From IMG/VR virus record IMGVR_UViG_3300045950_000297, positions 2,334-66,333 of that record: a DNA stretch of 64,000 nucleotides; one strand, given 5' to 3'. The translations under genes and the position numbers were made by a program. This document shows, piece by piece, positions 55,141 through 63,628 of this stretch; the stretch's first letter is position 1; every line of letters begins with the position of its first letter. This DNA is from a virus. A model generated the notes under the pieces. It ran no database searches. It was not told where the DNA came from and saw only the letters and a list, made by a program, of their open reading frames with translations.

Positions 55141-57216
55141 ATGGTCTATCCCGGAATCTGGGTTGCGAATGGCATCCCGACTGATGTGAACCTGATGTAT
55201 AGCTGGTCTCCTGGCACGGTGGTGTGCTTCGTGGACTACCTGAAAGCAAACCAGGTGTGGGAGTACAAACTGAGGCGACCGGAGGCCCAGGTCGTCATCC
55301 GGTTCCAACATCCCATGAACTGGGCGATTGACCGCAGACAGGCGGCCATCAACCATGCCAACTACGTCGTATCCAAGTGGAACGAGATCAAGACGTTGGA
55401 CCCGTTCGTCTACTTCTGCAACGAGATGAACCTGCACTACGAGAACGGCGACCCCAATCCGGGCAATCAGCATCTCTACACAACGCCCGATTTCTACCGC
55501 CGCTACGCCGAATGGGTGACGATCTGTGCGACGGAGATCAAGAACCGCGTACCGGATATGAGGTTGGTCTGCCCGCCTTTCGCCTATGGCCACCGTGAGG
55601 ACGGCGCGCCGGACGACAGCGGCAACCCCAAGGAGGGATGGGCGGGCTACGACTACCTGGCCGGGACGATCAGGACATTGTTCGACAATACCATCTGCGG
55701 TCACTACTACTGGGGGGATGCCGGTGGGTGCATCCCCGCCCGGTTGTATGACCCGGTTGAGTCATCCTGGCATGCGTTCCGCTGGCGTCGGTTGCTCAGA
55801 ATGTTCCGGGTGCGGTACGGCATCTCCGCCAAGATGCTCATTGACGAGTGTGGCAACTTCCAGACCTGGCATCCTGATTTCACCGGGCAGTGCGAGTACT
55901 ATGCCCGGGAGTGTCTGAGCGACCCGCGGGTGATCGGGTTGGCGTTCTTCTTATGGGAAGACCCGACTCGGAGTCCGGGGAACGAACCCAACTCGTGGCA
56001 GTATGTCAAGGACTTGCGGGCGCACGTGAGCGCGATGGGCAAGCTGGATATCCAGAGCGCCCTGACCATTCGCGTCAGGAAGATGGATAACTCCATCGAG
56101 ACGATGCCGGTCGAGGAATACCTCCGGGGTGTTGTCCCGGCTGAGGTGTTTCCCTCCTGGCACATGGATGCGCTCAAGGCGCAGGCGGTGCTGGCCCGGA
56201 GTGTGGCTATGGCCAGGATCGAGAGGCCGCGCGGGAGCACCTTCGACATTTCCGAGACCGATCAGGTGTATCGCCCGGCGAGAGTGCATACGAGGACCGA
56301 CCAGGCTGTCAAGGAGACGGCGGGGGTGTTTCTCGTCGAGAACGGCAAGCCCTACTACGCTTCCTACGTCTCTTCGTGCGGGCGGAAGGATTGCCCCAAT
56401 TGCAAGGGGGAACCCGGACACAAGACAGAGAATAATCCCTCCGGCCTCTGGCCGGGGAGGGCATGCCAGTGGGGCTTGCAGGAGATGGCCAAGAGCGGAA
56501 AGCCGTGGCAAGAGATCGCCACGTACTACTATTCCCGATCTGTTACACTCAAGGAGGACAGCATGGTACCGATTGCTCCAGTTGACCCAAAAGTGATTGA
56601 TGCCTCGGCGATGCGGAACACCTGGAATGACCAGGGTCTCGTCACCGGGGCGGTGGGCCGTGTCATCGCGGCAGATGTGGTGTGGCAACGCTGGGCGGCG
56701 CCGGGGACCGTCCGCTCCCCGATTGTTCCTGGCACGAAGTACATGAAGGTCATTCACATCGCGTGCATTCCTGAGAGGCCAGGCGGGGCAACGCCACAGA
56801 ATATCTGTGTCGAGTTCCGCGACCTGAACGGCCAGCGCAAGACTGTCCAGGACTTCTTCCTGGCGTGGCCGTCGTCCAGGCTGGCGGCCGAGCACTGGAC
56901 GGTCCAGATGTTCGATGGGGTGAACACTGGCGCCTACCCGGGCGGGTATGGCGAAGTCCCGATGGGTCGCAACTCGTTCCTGAATGTTCAGAACGGTTCG
57001 GAGACGCTGGGACCGTACATCCTTGGAGCGCACAACATCCCAACTGAGTATGCCATCCTGGCGGGGCTGATCAACAACCGTCATCATGGCATGTTGGTCA
57101 TCTTCCAAGAGATGATCTGGCAGCCCGGTGTGAGCGACAAGCCCGATGTGACTACCCCTGGCTGCAACCTGGGCAGTCTGCTGGTGGCGATTGGCAGGGC
57201 GATGGGGGGTGCGTGA
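55141..57216 (+). CDS. Endolysin-like: glycoside hydrolase TIM barrel plus SpoIID/LytB domain
   Basis: FCNEMN and IDECG GH-A-type glutamates; EEYLRGVVPAEV..ALKAQAVLARS SpoIID motif. Confidence 0.82.
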   Translation: MVYPGIWVANGIPTDVNLMYSWSPGTVVCFVDYLKANQVWEYKLRRPEAQVVIRFQHPMNWAIDRRQAAINHANYVVSKWNEIKTLDPFVYFCNEMNLHYENGDPNPGNQHLYTTPDFYRRYAEWVTICATEIKNRVPDMRLVCPPFAYGHREDGAPDDSGNPKEGWAGYDYLAGTIRTLFDNTICGHYYWGDAGGCIPARLYDPVESSWHAFRWRRLLRMFRVRYGISAKMLIDECGNFQTWHPDFTGQCEYYARECLSDPRVIGLAFFLWEDPTRSPGNEPNSWQYVKDLRAHVSAMGKLDIQSALTIRVRKMDNSIETMPVEEYLRGVVPAEVFPSWHMDALKAQAVLARSVAMARIERPRGSTFDISETDQVYRPARVHTRTDQAVKETAGVFLVENGKPYYASYVSSCGRKDCPNCKGEPGHKTENNPSGLWPGRACQWGLQEMAKSGKPWQEIATYYYSRSVTLKEDSMVPIAPVDPKVIDASAMRNTWNDQGLVTGAVGRVIAADVVWQRWAAPGTVRSPIVPGTKYMKVIHIACIPERPGGATPQNICVEFRDLNGQRKTVQDFFLAWPSSRLAAEHWTVQMFDGVNTGAYPGGYGEVPMGRNSFLNVQNGSETLGPYILGAHNIPTEYAILAGLINNRHHGMLVIFQEMIWQPGVSDKPDVTTPGCNLGSLLVAIGRAMGGA

Positions 57217-57434
57217 TGGCCACCGCTGCACAGCGTAAGCAAACCGGCTTTCGCGATGGGTCGTATCCTGTAAGCACCAAGTCACAAGCCCTGAGTGCAA
57301 TTCGGTTGCGGCATCACAGTGATGATCACAGCGCTGCGGCTGTCTTGACTCATGTGGCCCGCAGTAAGTGGGGTGATGACCCGGAAGTCCGGGCAGCCAT
57401 TGAGGCTGCTCGCAAGCGGGACCGAAAAAGGTAA
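57213..57434 (+). CDS. Hypothetical basic protein
   Basis: DGSYPV..A.SAIRL motif; coupled. Confidence 0.6.
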   Translation: MMATAAQRKQTGFRDGSYPVSTKSQALSAIRLRHHSDDHSAAAVLTHVARSKWGDDPEVRAAIEAARKRDRKR

Positions 57435-57444
57435 CCCTCTGTAT

Positions 57445-57462
57445 GTTGCGGGTGTAAGCGCT
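57445..57462 (+). repeat. 18-bp intergenic direct repeat, copy 2
   Basis: Identical to 13223-13240. Confidence 0.8.
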
Positions 57463-57485
57463 TAGCCAACGCCGTTTCTGGAATG

Positions 57486-57529
57486 AAAAAAGGGGAGACG
57501 GCCCTCCCGTGATTGTGGGAGGGCCGTCT
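57486..57529 (-). terminator. Terminator hairpin between convergent operons
   Basis: AGACGGCCCTCCC-8nt-GGGAGGGCCGTCT; U-tract on the minus strand. Confidence 0.8.
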
Positions 57530-57534
57530 GGTCT

Positions 57535-58389
57535 TCAGCTCTTGAGCAATGCCTTGAGCTCTTTCCCTCTGGCCCTCAAGGCATCCTTGTCTGCTGTGTC
57601 CAACCAGCCCTGATCAAGTGAGACCTCAGTCCCTTGAGTCTTCAGAGTCTCGATCAGTGAGTTGAGCGCATCGACAATTGTGTCGCGTTCGCGATCGCGG
57701 GGTGGGGCGCCTGACAGCCATTCAAGGAGCGCCTGTGAGATTTCCTCGCCGGGTTGGTAGTAGCGCTGGTCACGCAGGGCCTTGCAGCGTGATTTGGTGA
57801 CCACGGCATTGTTGACCACATCAAGCTGCAAGACTACATCGAAGAGGTACTCCACATCGTCGCGCTGGATGGGCTTGAGACCCAATTTGATAACCTCGGT
57901 TCTCGCCTTCCCGTTGCGGTCCACCTGCTCGATCGCGTACTCGATCTTGGTGCGCAGGGTGGCAAAGACGTGGATAGGGGCGGCGAGGATGAGGTCCATC
58001 AACTGGTTCTGGATAGGCGTCACGTCGGCCCACGCGGAGAAACTGCCGCCACGTTTCTGGCTGCCAATCGTGTCCACCATCTCCAGGGCGCCACCCTTGC
58101 CCGCCCAGGCGTGCGAGAGTGAATCGATGATCAGAGTCCCGTAGCCAGCTTTCACCGCCTCGTTGATGGTGTCGATGTAGGTCCGTGGACTGAATGAGAC
58201 TAGTTCCTGGACATCGAACTTGAACTCGTCGGCGTACTTGGAAGCCGACCCGTGCTCGGTGTCGATCACTGCGATGGGCACCCCCATCCCTGTGGCGAGT
58301 CGGAGTGCGGTGTAGGTCTTGCCGCTACCAGGCGGGCCGAGCAGCACCACCTTGGCTTTGCTTTCCTCTTTCACTGCTGGTTTGAACAT
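57535..58389 (-). CDS. AAA_24 / Sak4-like ATPase (recombination)
   Basis: GPPGSGKT, IDTE, IIDSLSHAW, EYLFD motifs. Confidence 0.88.
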   Translation of the reverse strand: MFKPAVKEESKAKVVLLGPPGSGKTYTALRLATGMGVPIAVIDTEHGSASKYADEFKFDVQELVSFSPRTYIDTINEAVKAGYGTLIIDSLSHAWAGKGGALEMVDTIGSQKRGGSFSAWADVTPIQNQLMDLILAAPIHVFATLRTKIEYAIEQVDRNGKARTEVIKLGLKPIQRDDVEYLFDVVLQLDVVNNAVVTKSRCKALRDQRYYQPGEEISQALLEWLSGAPPRDRERDTIVDALNSLIETLKTQGTEVSLDQGWLDTADKDALRARGKELKALLKS

Positions 58390-58670
58390 ATCTCTCTCCT
58401 TATCTTGCCCCTCAGGGCAACTACTTCTTGGAGCATGGGGTTGGATTGGATCAACTCATCGTGGGAGATGTGAGTGATCTCCCAATTTGCATAGCCGCCG
58501 AGGAACCTGCGGATATCCGATTCTCGACGAGAACCCGCATCCTTGTGGTGTTGGGATGTCCAGACAAATGTCAGCCGCTCGCTCTTGATGATGGTGAGCA
58601 CCCCGCGCAGCAGCGCGGCCAGCCCCCTGTCTGTCTGATTGACCGTATCAATCCACTTCCGCAGGGTCAT
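58371..58670 (-). CDS. Hypothetical protein
   Basis: Tiles in operon; start uncertain. Confidence 0.55.
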   Translation of the reverse strand: MTLRKWIDTVNQTDRGLAALLRGVLTIIKSERLTFVWTSQHHKDAGSRRESDIRRFLGGYANWEITHISHDELIQSNPMLQEVVALRGKIRREICSNQQ

Positions 58671-58884
58671 CTGGCAGAATCTCACACCAGCACAGCTTGT
58701 GGTAGAGATGACAGGGTATCAGCCATCGACAGATGAAGCAGCTGTCTGTGGTGATCTCTGGTCGTGAGGGCAAGCTCAGTGTCTCGATGAGCTCTGCGAT
58801 GCGCTCTCTGGACATACCCAGTTTCTCCGGCAGGTCTTCTTCGTCGGTGCCATAACAGATTTCTATGAACTCGTGGACCCTCAT
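58648..58884 (-). CDS. Small Cys-containing protein
   Basis: AGGAG SD; ATGA overlap. Confidence 0.6.
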   Translation of the reverse strand: MRVHEFIEICYGTDEEDLPEKLGMSRERIAELIETLSLPSRPEITTDSCFICRWLIPCHLYHKLCWCEILPDDPAEVD

Positions 58885-59633
58885 ACTCCTATTTCATCGC
58901 ACGTTGGTCGGACAGGGCAATACCCACACAGCCAGGCGTCACTGGGGCGTACCATAGGAGGAACTTCGTTGTTTGCGTAGGCCATGGCCAGAATACGTGC
59001 GCGCTCCTCGATGTAGCTCTTCACCTTGACCTCCGGCCATATCTTGACTGGACAGACCACCACCCCGTTATGCTCACCATGTTTGGCGGGGCCAGTCAGG
59101 TCAATGTAGACGATCTGCAGGTGTTCGGCCTCGAATGAGTCACCGATCTCATTGTTGGCCAGGAGATAGCGGTAGATGTTGACCTGGGCTTCGTGGTTGC
59201 CGTAGGGGAGGTTGGCGATTTTCAGCCAGCGCGTGGTCTTCCAGTCGCTCAGCACTCGGTTCTTGATGTCCACATGGTCCACGTGGCCGGTTACCGTCAC
59301 CAGGTCTTTTGTGGTCCAGGCGACCGGAACCTCGACCCTATCGTTGTCGGTGATTGCGCATTCCAGCAGTGAGTGGGTGAAGGTACCCATCATCAATGGA
59401 AGCAACCCGCCCGGCTTGTCGTAGTACTCGGTTGTGTACTTGAGGTAAGCCCCCCGCAAGCAACCAGTAAGCTGGGAGGCACTGATGGCCGCGTGCTCGC
59501 GAGCGGTGTAAGCCTGCATAGCCCGGAGCACAAGTGGGGGGAACCCCTCGCACTGACCTTGGAGATCGGCCATAGCGATTGCCTCCCCCCAAGTGAGAGG
59601 GTTGCAGTTATTGTCAAAGATGCCTACTTGCAT
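58881..59633 (-). CDS. Cas4-like / PD-(D/E)XK exonuclease with Fe-S Cys motif
   Basis: SASQLTGC, GTFTH, GHVD, DWKT, QVNIY, C..C.....C. Confidence 0.88.
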   Translation of the reverse strand: MQVGIFDNNCNPLTWGEAIAMADLQGQCEGFPPLVLRAMQAYTAREHAAISASQLTGCLRGAYLKYTTEYYDKPGGLLPLMMGTFTHSLLECAITDNDRVEVPVAWTTKDLVTVTGHVDHVDIKNRVLSDWKTTRWLKIANLPYGNHEAQVNIYRYLLANNEIGDSFEAEHLQIVYIDLTGPAKHGEHNGVVVCPVKIWPEVKVKSYIEERARILAMAYANNEVPPMVRPSDAWLCGYCPVRPTCDEIGV

Positions 59634-59890
59634 GATATCCTCCAGGGAATGTCATTCAGCGTGATTTCAAAGAACGGCTGGTTGTCCCATACTCCCCAAC
59701 AGAAGACGCCACGGTGTGACCACCAGTTGAGGTCATCGGTGATAGCATCGAGGAAGCAGAACAGGTTAGCCCGCCAGCCGCGTTCGTTTTGGTACAAGAG
59801 GAACCACTTGAAGGACGGGAAACGCCGCTGTTTCCCATTCTTCATGACCGGCCGCTGGTCACGATGGTCGTGAACGTAGCAGTGTTTCAT
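59624..59890 (-). CDS. Hypothetical Trp-rich protein
   Basis: ATGA-coupled. Confidence 0.55.
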   Translation of the reverse strand: MKHCYVHDHRDQRPVMKNGKQRRFPSFKWFLLYQNERGWRANLFCFLDAITDDLNWWSHRGVFCWGVWDNQPFFEITLNDIPWRISCK

Positions 59891-60333
59891 GCCACCCCGT
59901 ATCGTTGTGGGCGTTGTTCGTTCTTGGCCATCTTGTCCCGGATAGCTGTCTCAAGACTGATGTCTCTCTCGGCACACAGGAAGTCGAGGACTGCAAAGAT
60001 TTTGTCTGCTCCCCTGATATGCCCCTTCTTGCGGTAGGTTTGCGCCATCTGGGCAATGTGCGCAAACAGATCGTCCGTGCGGCTTTCCTTGACCGGGAAC
60101 CAGACTGGCACCTCGATGCCTTGGATACCAAGCAGGTCGAGCAGGACGATGGCTATGTCGGCCAGTTCCTCGATGTACTTGTCGTCCCGTGCTCGACAGG
60201 CTTCGTCGGCCTCGATGAACAGGTGGTTGAGTTGCCGGAACGTCAGGCACTGGAGTTGGGTGAAGGGCATGGTGTGGAAGCCCTTCTCGTGGATGACTTG
60301 ATACACGTAGTCGCGCAGCTTGTTGTCAATCAT
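59887..60333 (-). CDS. MazG-like nucleotide pyrophosphohydrolase
   Basis: EADEA, EELADIAI, KMAKNEQRP motifs. Confidence 0.78.
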   Translation of the reverse strand: MIDNKLRDYVYQVIHEKGFHTMPFTQLQCLTFRQLNHLFIEADEACRARDDKYIEELADIAIVLLDLLGIQGIEVPVWFPVKESRTDDLFAHIAQMAQTYRKKGHIRGADKIFAVLDFLCAERDISLETAIRDKMAKNEQRPQRYGVA

Positions 60334-60342
60334 AGATCGCTC

Positions 60343-60609
60343 CTAGAACATAGACTCCTGCCCCCTGGCGATTTTGAGGCAGGTCTCGAAGTTGTCGAAT
60401 GTTGCTGCCAGGATGGCGTGGTTGACCCGATTGGCTTCGACTATCCACAAGTGGTCGTGTTCTGCTGAGTACTTGCGTTCCTGGATTGGCACCTTCTTGA
60501 GATTGGCAAGAGCGCCCTGGAAGTCATCGCACTTGCCAAAGTAAAAGCGGTACTGGTCATCCTCTCCATTCGGCTTGCGCACGAGTTGGAAGTCAGTGAG
60601 CAGGTTCAT
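60343..60609 (-). CDS. Hypothetical protein
   Basis: AAGGAG SD before MNLLTDF. Confidence 0.6.
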   Translation of the reverse strand: MNLLTDFQLVRKPNGEDDQYRFYFGKCDDFQGALANLKKVPIQERKYSAEHDHLWIVEANRVNHAILAATFDNFETCLKIARGQESMF

Positions 60610-61960
60610 GACTCTCCTTGTAGAACCTTCCAGTTGGTTTGTGCCAGATACACTTGCCCCTCCCAGTGGGGCCGTGTCGGTTCTTGCCGATGTGATATTC
60701 CATGGGTTCAAACCCATTCTTGTAGCCCGACTGGGTTCGTTCCTTCTCTGTCATGTAGGCAAAAGGCGGATAGGTGAATATCACTGCATCTGAGTTCTGT
60801 TCCAAGGTGCCTGACTCACGTAGGTCTGATAAGAGAGGGGCCTTGTCGGCACGTTTCTCGATCTCACGGCTGAGTTGGCACCCTTGCACGATCGGGCAGT
60901 TGATAGTTTCATCGAGTGTCATCAATTTCACTGCTCGGGAGACTTCACTGACTTCCTCCTCACGTTTGCCGCGGGCAGATGTAGGATTGACCAGTTGGAT
61001 GTAGTCGACGAAGATGGCGCCCAGGGAGGCCCCCCATTCCCGTTGGGCTGTTGTCTGGGTGCGACGGATATGAGACTGGAGTGACGGGATGTTCATCCCG
61101 CCGCACTCGATGTAGATGGGATAGTGGCCATCGACAAAGTGTCCCAAGACTTCCTGTACTTGCTCCATATCTTTGGGCAAGAGTTGCTCGGGGTTCTCGG
61201 CGAGAACCTTGCTATCCACCTTGGCCTGGTAGGCGATCATCCGGTTGACGATCTCACTGTAGGACATCTCCAGCGAGTAGAAGACGACTGGGGTCCTTTG
61301 TGTGGCCAGAGTCATTGCCCAGGCGATCATGGTCTGCGTCTTCCCGCTGCCCGGTCGGCCGGCCACAGTAACCAGCCGGCCAGGCTGCAAGAGAGACCCG
61401 ACGATATCATCAATGGCTGGCATCCCGGTCTTGAAGCCGCGTGTTCGTCCCGGATTGGCGATCATGTCGGCCAGGAAGCGGGCATACTCTCGGGCAACTT
61501 CGGCGATGGTCCTGATCGTGGTCGGCATGTCGCCGCGTATGCGCACTACGCCGGCCTCAAGCATGGCCATCACCTTGTCGGGTGGGTCATTGGCGGTGGA
61601 TGCGATGATCGAGGCTGCCAGTTTGACCAGTTCGCGAGTTTGATAGGTATCGGCCACCAGTTTGGCGTAGGAATCTACATTGGCGGCCGATGCATTGGTC
61701 ATGTACTCGGGCAGACTACCAGCTGCATCCAGCCAGGTGCGGTTCTTGTCCTGCTTGAGGGTACGCTTGCTCAGAAAGTCCGAGAGTGTCACAAAGTCGA
61801 TGGGGGTCCCGTTGTTGGTCAGTTCGACGATGGCTGAGTAGACAAGCCCTGCTGGTGTGGCAAACTTGCGGCCGTCCACTCCTAAGTAGTTGACTGCCTC
61901 AGGTAACCCGGTTGGGTCGATGAGCAATGCGCCCACTACGGCGCGTTCGGCGTCACTCAT
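60593..61960 (-). CDS. dnaB: Replicative DNA helicase (DnaB family)
   Basis: AERAVVGALL, AGRPGSGKT, SLEM, VDYIQL, QLSR, SDLRESGTLEQ, KNRHG. Confidence 0.95.
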   Translation of the reverse strand: MSDAERAVVGALLIDPTGLPEAVNYLGVDGRKFATPAGLVYSAIVELTNNGTPIDFVTLSDFLSKRTLKQDKNRTWLDAAGSLPEYMTNASAANVDSYAKLVADTYQTRELVKLAASIIASTANDPPDKVMAMLEAGVVRIRGDMPTTIRTIAEVAREYARFLADMIANPGRTRGFKTGMPAIDDIVGSLLQPGRLVTVAGRPGSGKTQTMIAWAMTLATQRTPVVFYSLEMSYSEIVNRMIAYQAKVDSKVLAENPEQLLPKDMEQVQEVLGHFVDGHYPIYIECGGMNIPSLQSHIRRTQTTAQREWGASLGAIFVDYIQLVNPTSARGKREEEVSEVSRAVKLMTLDETINCPIVQGCQLSREIEKRADKAPLLSDLRESGTLEQNSDAVIFTYPPFAYMTEKERTQSGYKNGFEPMEYHIGKNRHGPTGRGKCIWHKPTGRFYKESHEPAH

Positions 61961-62891
61961 CGACCCTCCGATAGGTGTTCTGACCGGGTGAGATGTGGAT
62001 GTCCAGGTGGTTGTAGCGCTGGAGCAACTCCATTTGGTCATGGGTGATCGTCCCGCGAAGGTCGTAGGTCACGATTGTCTCGACCTCGTTCCCGTTCTCA
62101 TCGAGAATGTGGGCTGTGTGGCGGGTCGCTTCTAGTGTAGCTGGCGGGATGGGATTGAGGCGCAGCCCCTTTTCCAGGTCCTTGGACGATTGGGCCTCGG
62201 CTGCGATCTCAACGATCTTCTCAGCCATGGCCATCTGCTTGTCCTCCCCATCGACTGCTCCTTCCAACTCTTTCAGAGTTGTCTTGACATCCTCGGAGGT
62301 GACTTTGTAGTCGGGGTTGATGATGGGGCGGAGGAAGCGGATGATGCGGCGCCAGCGCGTCTTGGGGAGTTGTTGCCAGACCTCCCATTCGGACATCCCT
62401 GTGCGTTCCTTGAAGAATGGGAAGACGATCTGTTCCATAGCCAGCAGGTCGGAGGCTTCAGACTTGCTCATCCCGACCTCTTGAGTGGTCAACAATTCAT
62501 CCAGTGAGGCAGGTTTGTCGGGGTGGAATGACCATAGGTCCCCCTGGGCCAATTTTGCAAGGGCCTGGCCGCGCAATCTATCGTGTGCAAATGTCACCGG
62601 GCCGGACAGGATACGAAGCTGATTGACCAGGATGGCTGCCTCGCGGGCCGGGGTGGTCTCGAAGTGTCCCCCCTTGACCATCTCTTCGGCTTGTATGCGG
62701 GCGCTTTGCCCCAGTACCCAGAGCGACTGGTTTACATCCTGTGAGACCAGTTCATTCATGCCAGAAACCTCCCTGCGTTGCCAGAATGTGATACCAGATA
62801 CCGTATCCTCACATAGCATTAGCGGAACTCCCCGGCACTCGAACTGTTTGAGGATATGGATTGGGTGTAAACAATCATACTTTGGTCTCAT
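61953..62891 (-). CDS. Hypothetical protein
   Basis: Long ORF; alternative start at 62759 with GGGAGG SD. Confidence 0.7.
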   Translation of the reverse strand: MRPKYDCLHPIHILKQFECRGVPLMLCEDTVSGITFWQRREVSGMNELVSQDVNQSLWVLGQSARIQAEEMVKGGHFETTPAREAAILVNQLRILSGPVTFAHDRLRGQALAKLAQGDLWSFHPDKPASLDELLTTQEVGMSKSEASDLLAMEQIVFPFFKERTGMSEWEVWQQLPKTRWRRIIRFLRPIINPDYKVTSEDVKTTLKELEGAVDGEDKQMAMAEKIVEIAAEAQSSKDLEKGLRLNPIPPATLEATRHTAHILDENGNEVETIVTYDLRGTITHDQMELLQRYNHLDIHISPGQNTYRRVDE

Positions 62892-62912
62892 GGTGTCCTC
62901 TTCGATTTGTGT

Positions 62913-63239
62913 TTATGTGGTTTGTATGTTACTATTTTGGTTGATAAGCGTAACAAGTCTCTCGTAATCGCCGACACGAATACACAACAGAGCATCGTCG
63001 TAGTCCATGCCTGGGCGATGCAACACGACTGCGGGGACTCGGGTATCGCCGGCATTCTTCGCCCCAGCGAGAATCTGTGCGAAGAAGTCCCGCCACAGGT
63101 AGGGGGCGATGCGTTTCTGGGACTTGACCTCGATGAAGAGTGCGTCGTTGGCCATGTCGCAGCCCTTGCGGCCAAGGAGGGGGATACGGGTGGTCCCCAG
63201 GCGTTGGGCGACCCCTCGCTCTACTGCCTTCCAGCGCAT
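62913..63239 (-). CDS. Holliday junction resolvase-like PD-(D/E)XK nuclease
   Basis: WKAVER, CD, IEVKS, PAVVLH motifs. Confidence 0.75.
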   Translation of the reverse strand: MRWKAVERGVAQRLGTTRIPLLGRKGCDMANDALFIEVKSQKRIAPYLWRDFFAQILAGAKNAGDTRVPAVVLHRPGMDYDDALLCIRVGDYERLVTLINQNSNIQTT

Positions 63240-63553
63240 AGCCTGTCCTGGAGTTCGGTGAATGCTTCCTGGAGCGTTCCGTAGTCCTCTGTCGGCTGCC
63301 TGGCTGCCTCGATCTTCTTGGCGGTGTACTCTTTCAGGACCACAACTAGGTAGCCGGTGAAGGAAAAGCTGGCGGACTGACGGGCGCAACGTACCCTCTC
63401 GGCGATCTCACTGAAGTCAGGTTCGACACCGAAGTACTTAAGTCGGGAGAGACAGTGTTTATCAATGATGTGGTACAGCAGTTTGAACAGCTGGAGTTGA
63501 TTTCCGAAGGGATCGGTCACCCCAGCTGCAACGAGTACTTCTCTGGGAAGCAT
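63221..63553 (-). CDS. Hypothetical protein
   Basis: GGAGGAG SD before MLPREV; first gene after promoter. Confidence 0.65.
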   Translation of the reverse strand: MLPREVLVAAGVTDPFGNQLQLFKLLYHIIDKHCLSRLKYFGVEPDFSEIAERVRCARQSASFSFTGYLVVVLKEYTAKKIEAARQPTEDYGTLQEAFTELQDRLCAGRQ

Positions 63554-63587
63554 CACTCCTCCTAACCAAGTGGTGCGGACGTGAACC

Positions 63588-63616
63588 ATTGTAGCATGTG
63601 GTTGGAACAGTGTCAA
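63588..63616 (-). promoter_or_regulatory. Leftward lytic sigma70 promoter
   Basis: TTGACA-17-TACAAT with TGn. Confidence 0.8.
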
Positions 63617-63628
63617 AAGGAGGCCACT

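Noticed and set aside
22337-57300. Long minus-strand ORFs within the late operon (e.g. 35597-36874, 42254-43486, 44300-45433, 55951-57300)
   Set aside because: Antisense frames kept open by GC-rich codon bias; no recognisable motifs
58881-59633. Cas4-like gene plus Csx16-like gene as a CRISPR-Cas locus
   Set aside because: No repeat-spacer array or other cas genes; the nuclease sits with a Sak4-like ATPase as a standard phage recombination module
1525-61206. GTTCTCGWCGAGAAC as a LexA box or canonical parS
   Set aside because: Orientation and spacing (GTTC-N7-GAAC) differ from GAAC-N4-GTTC and from TGTTTCACGTGAAACA, and the sites are intragenic rather than at promoters
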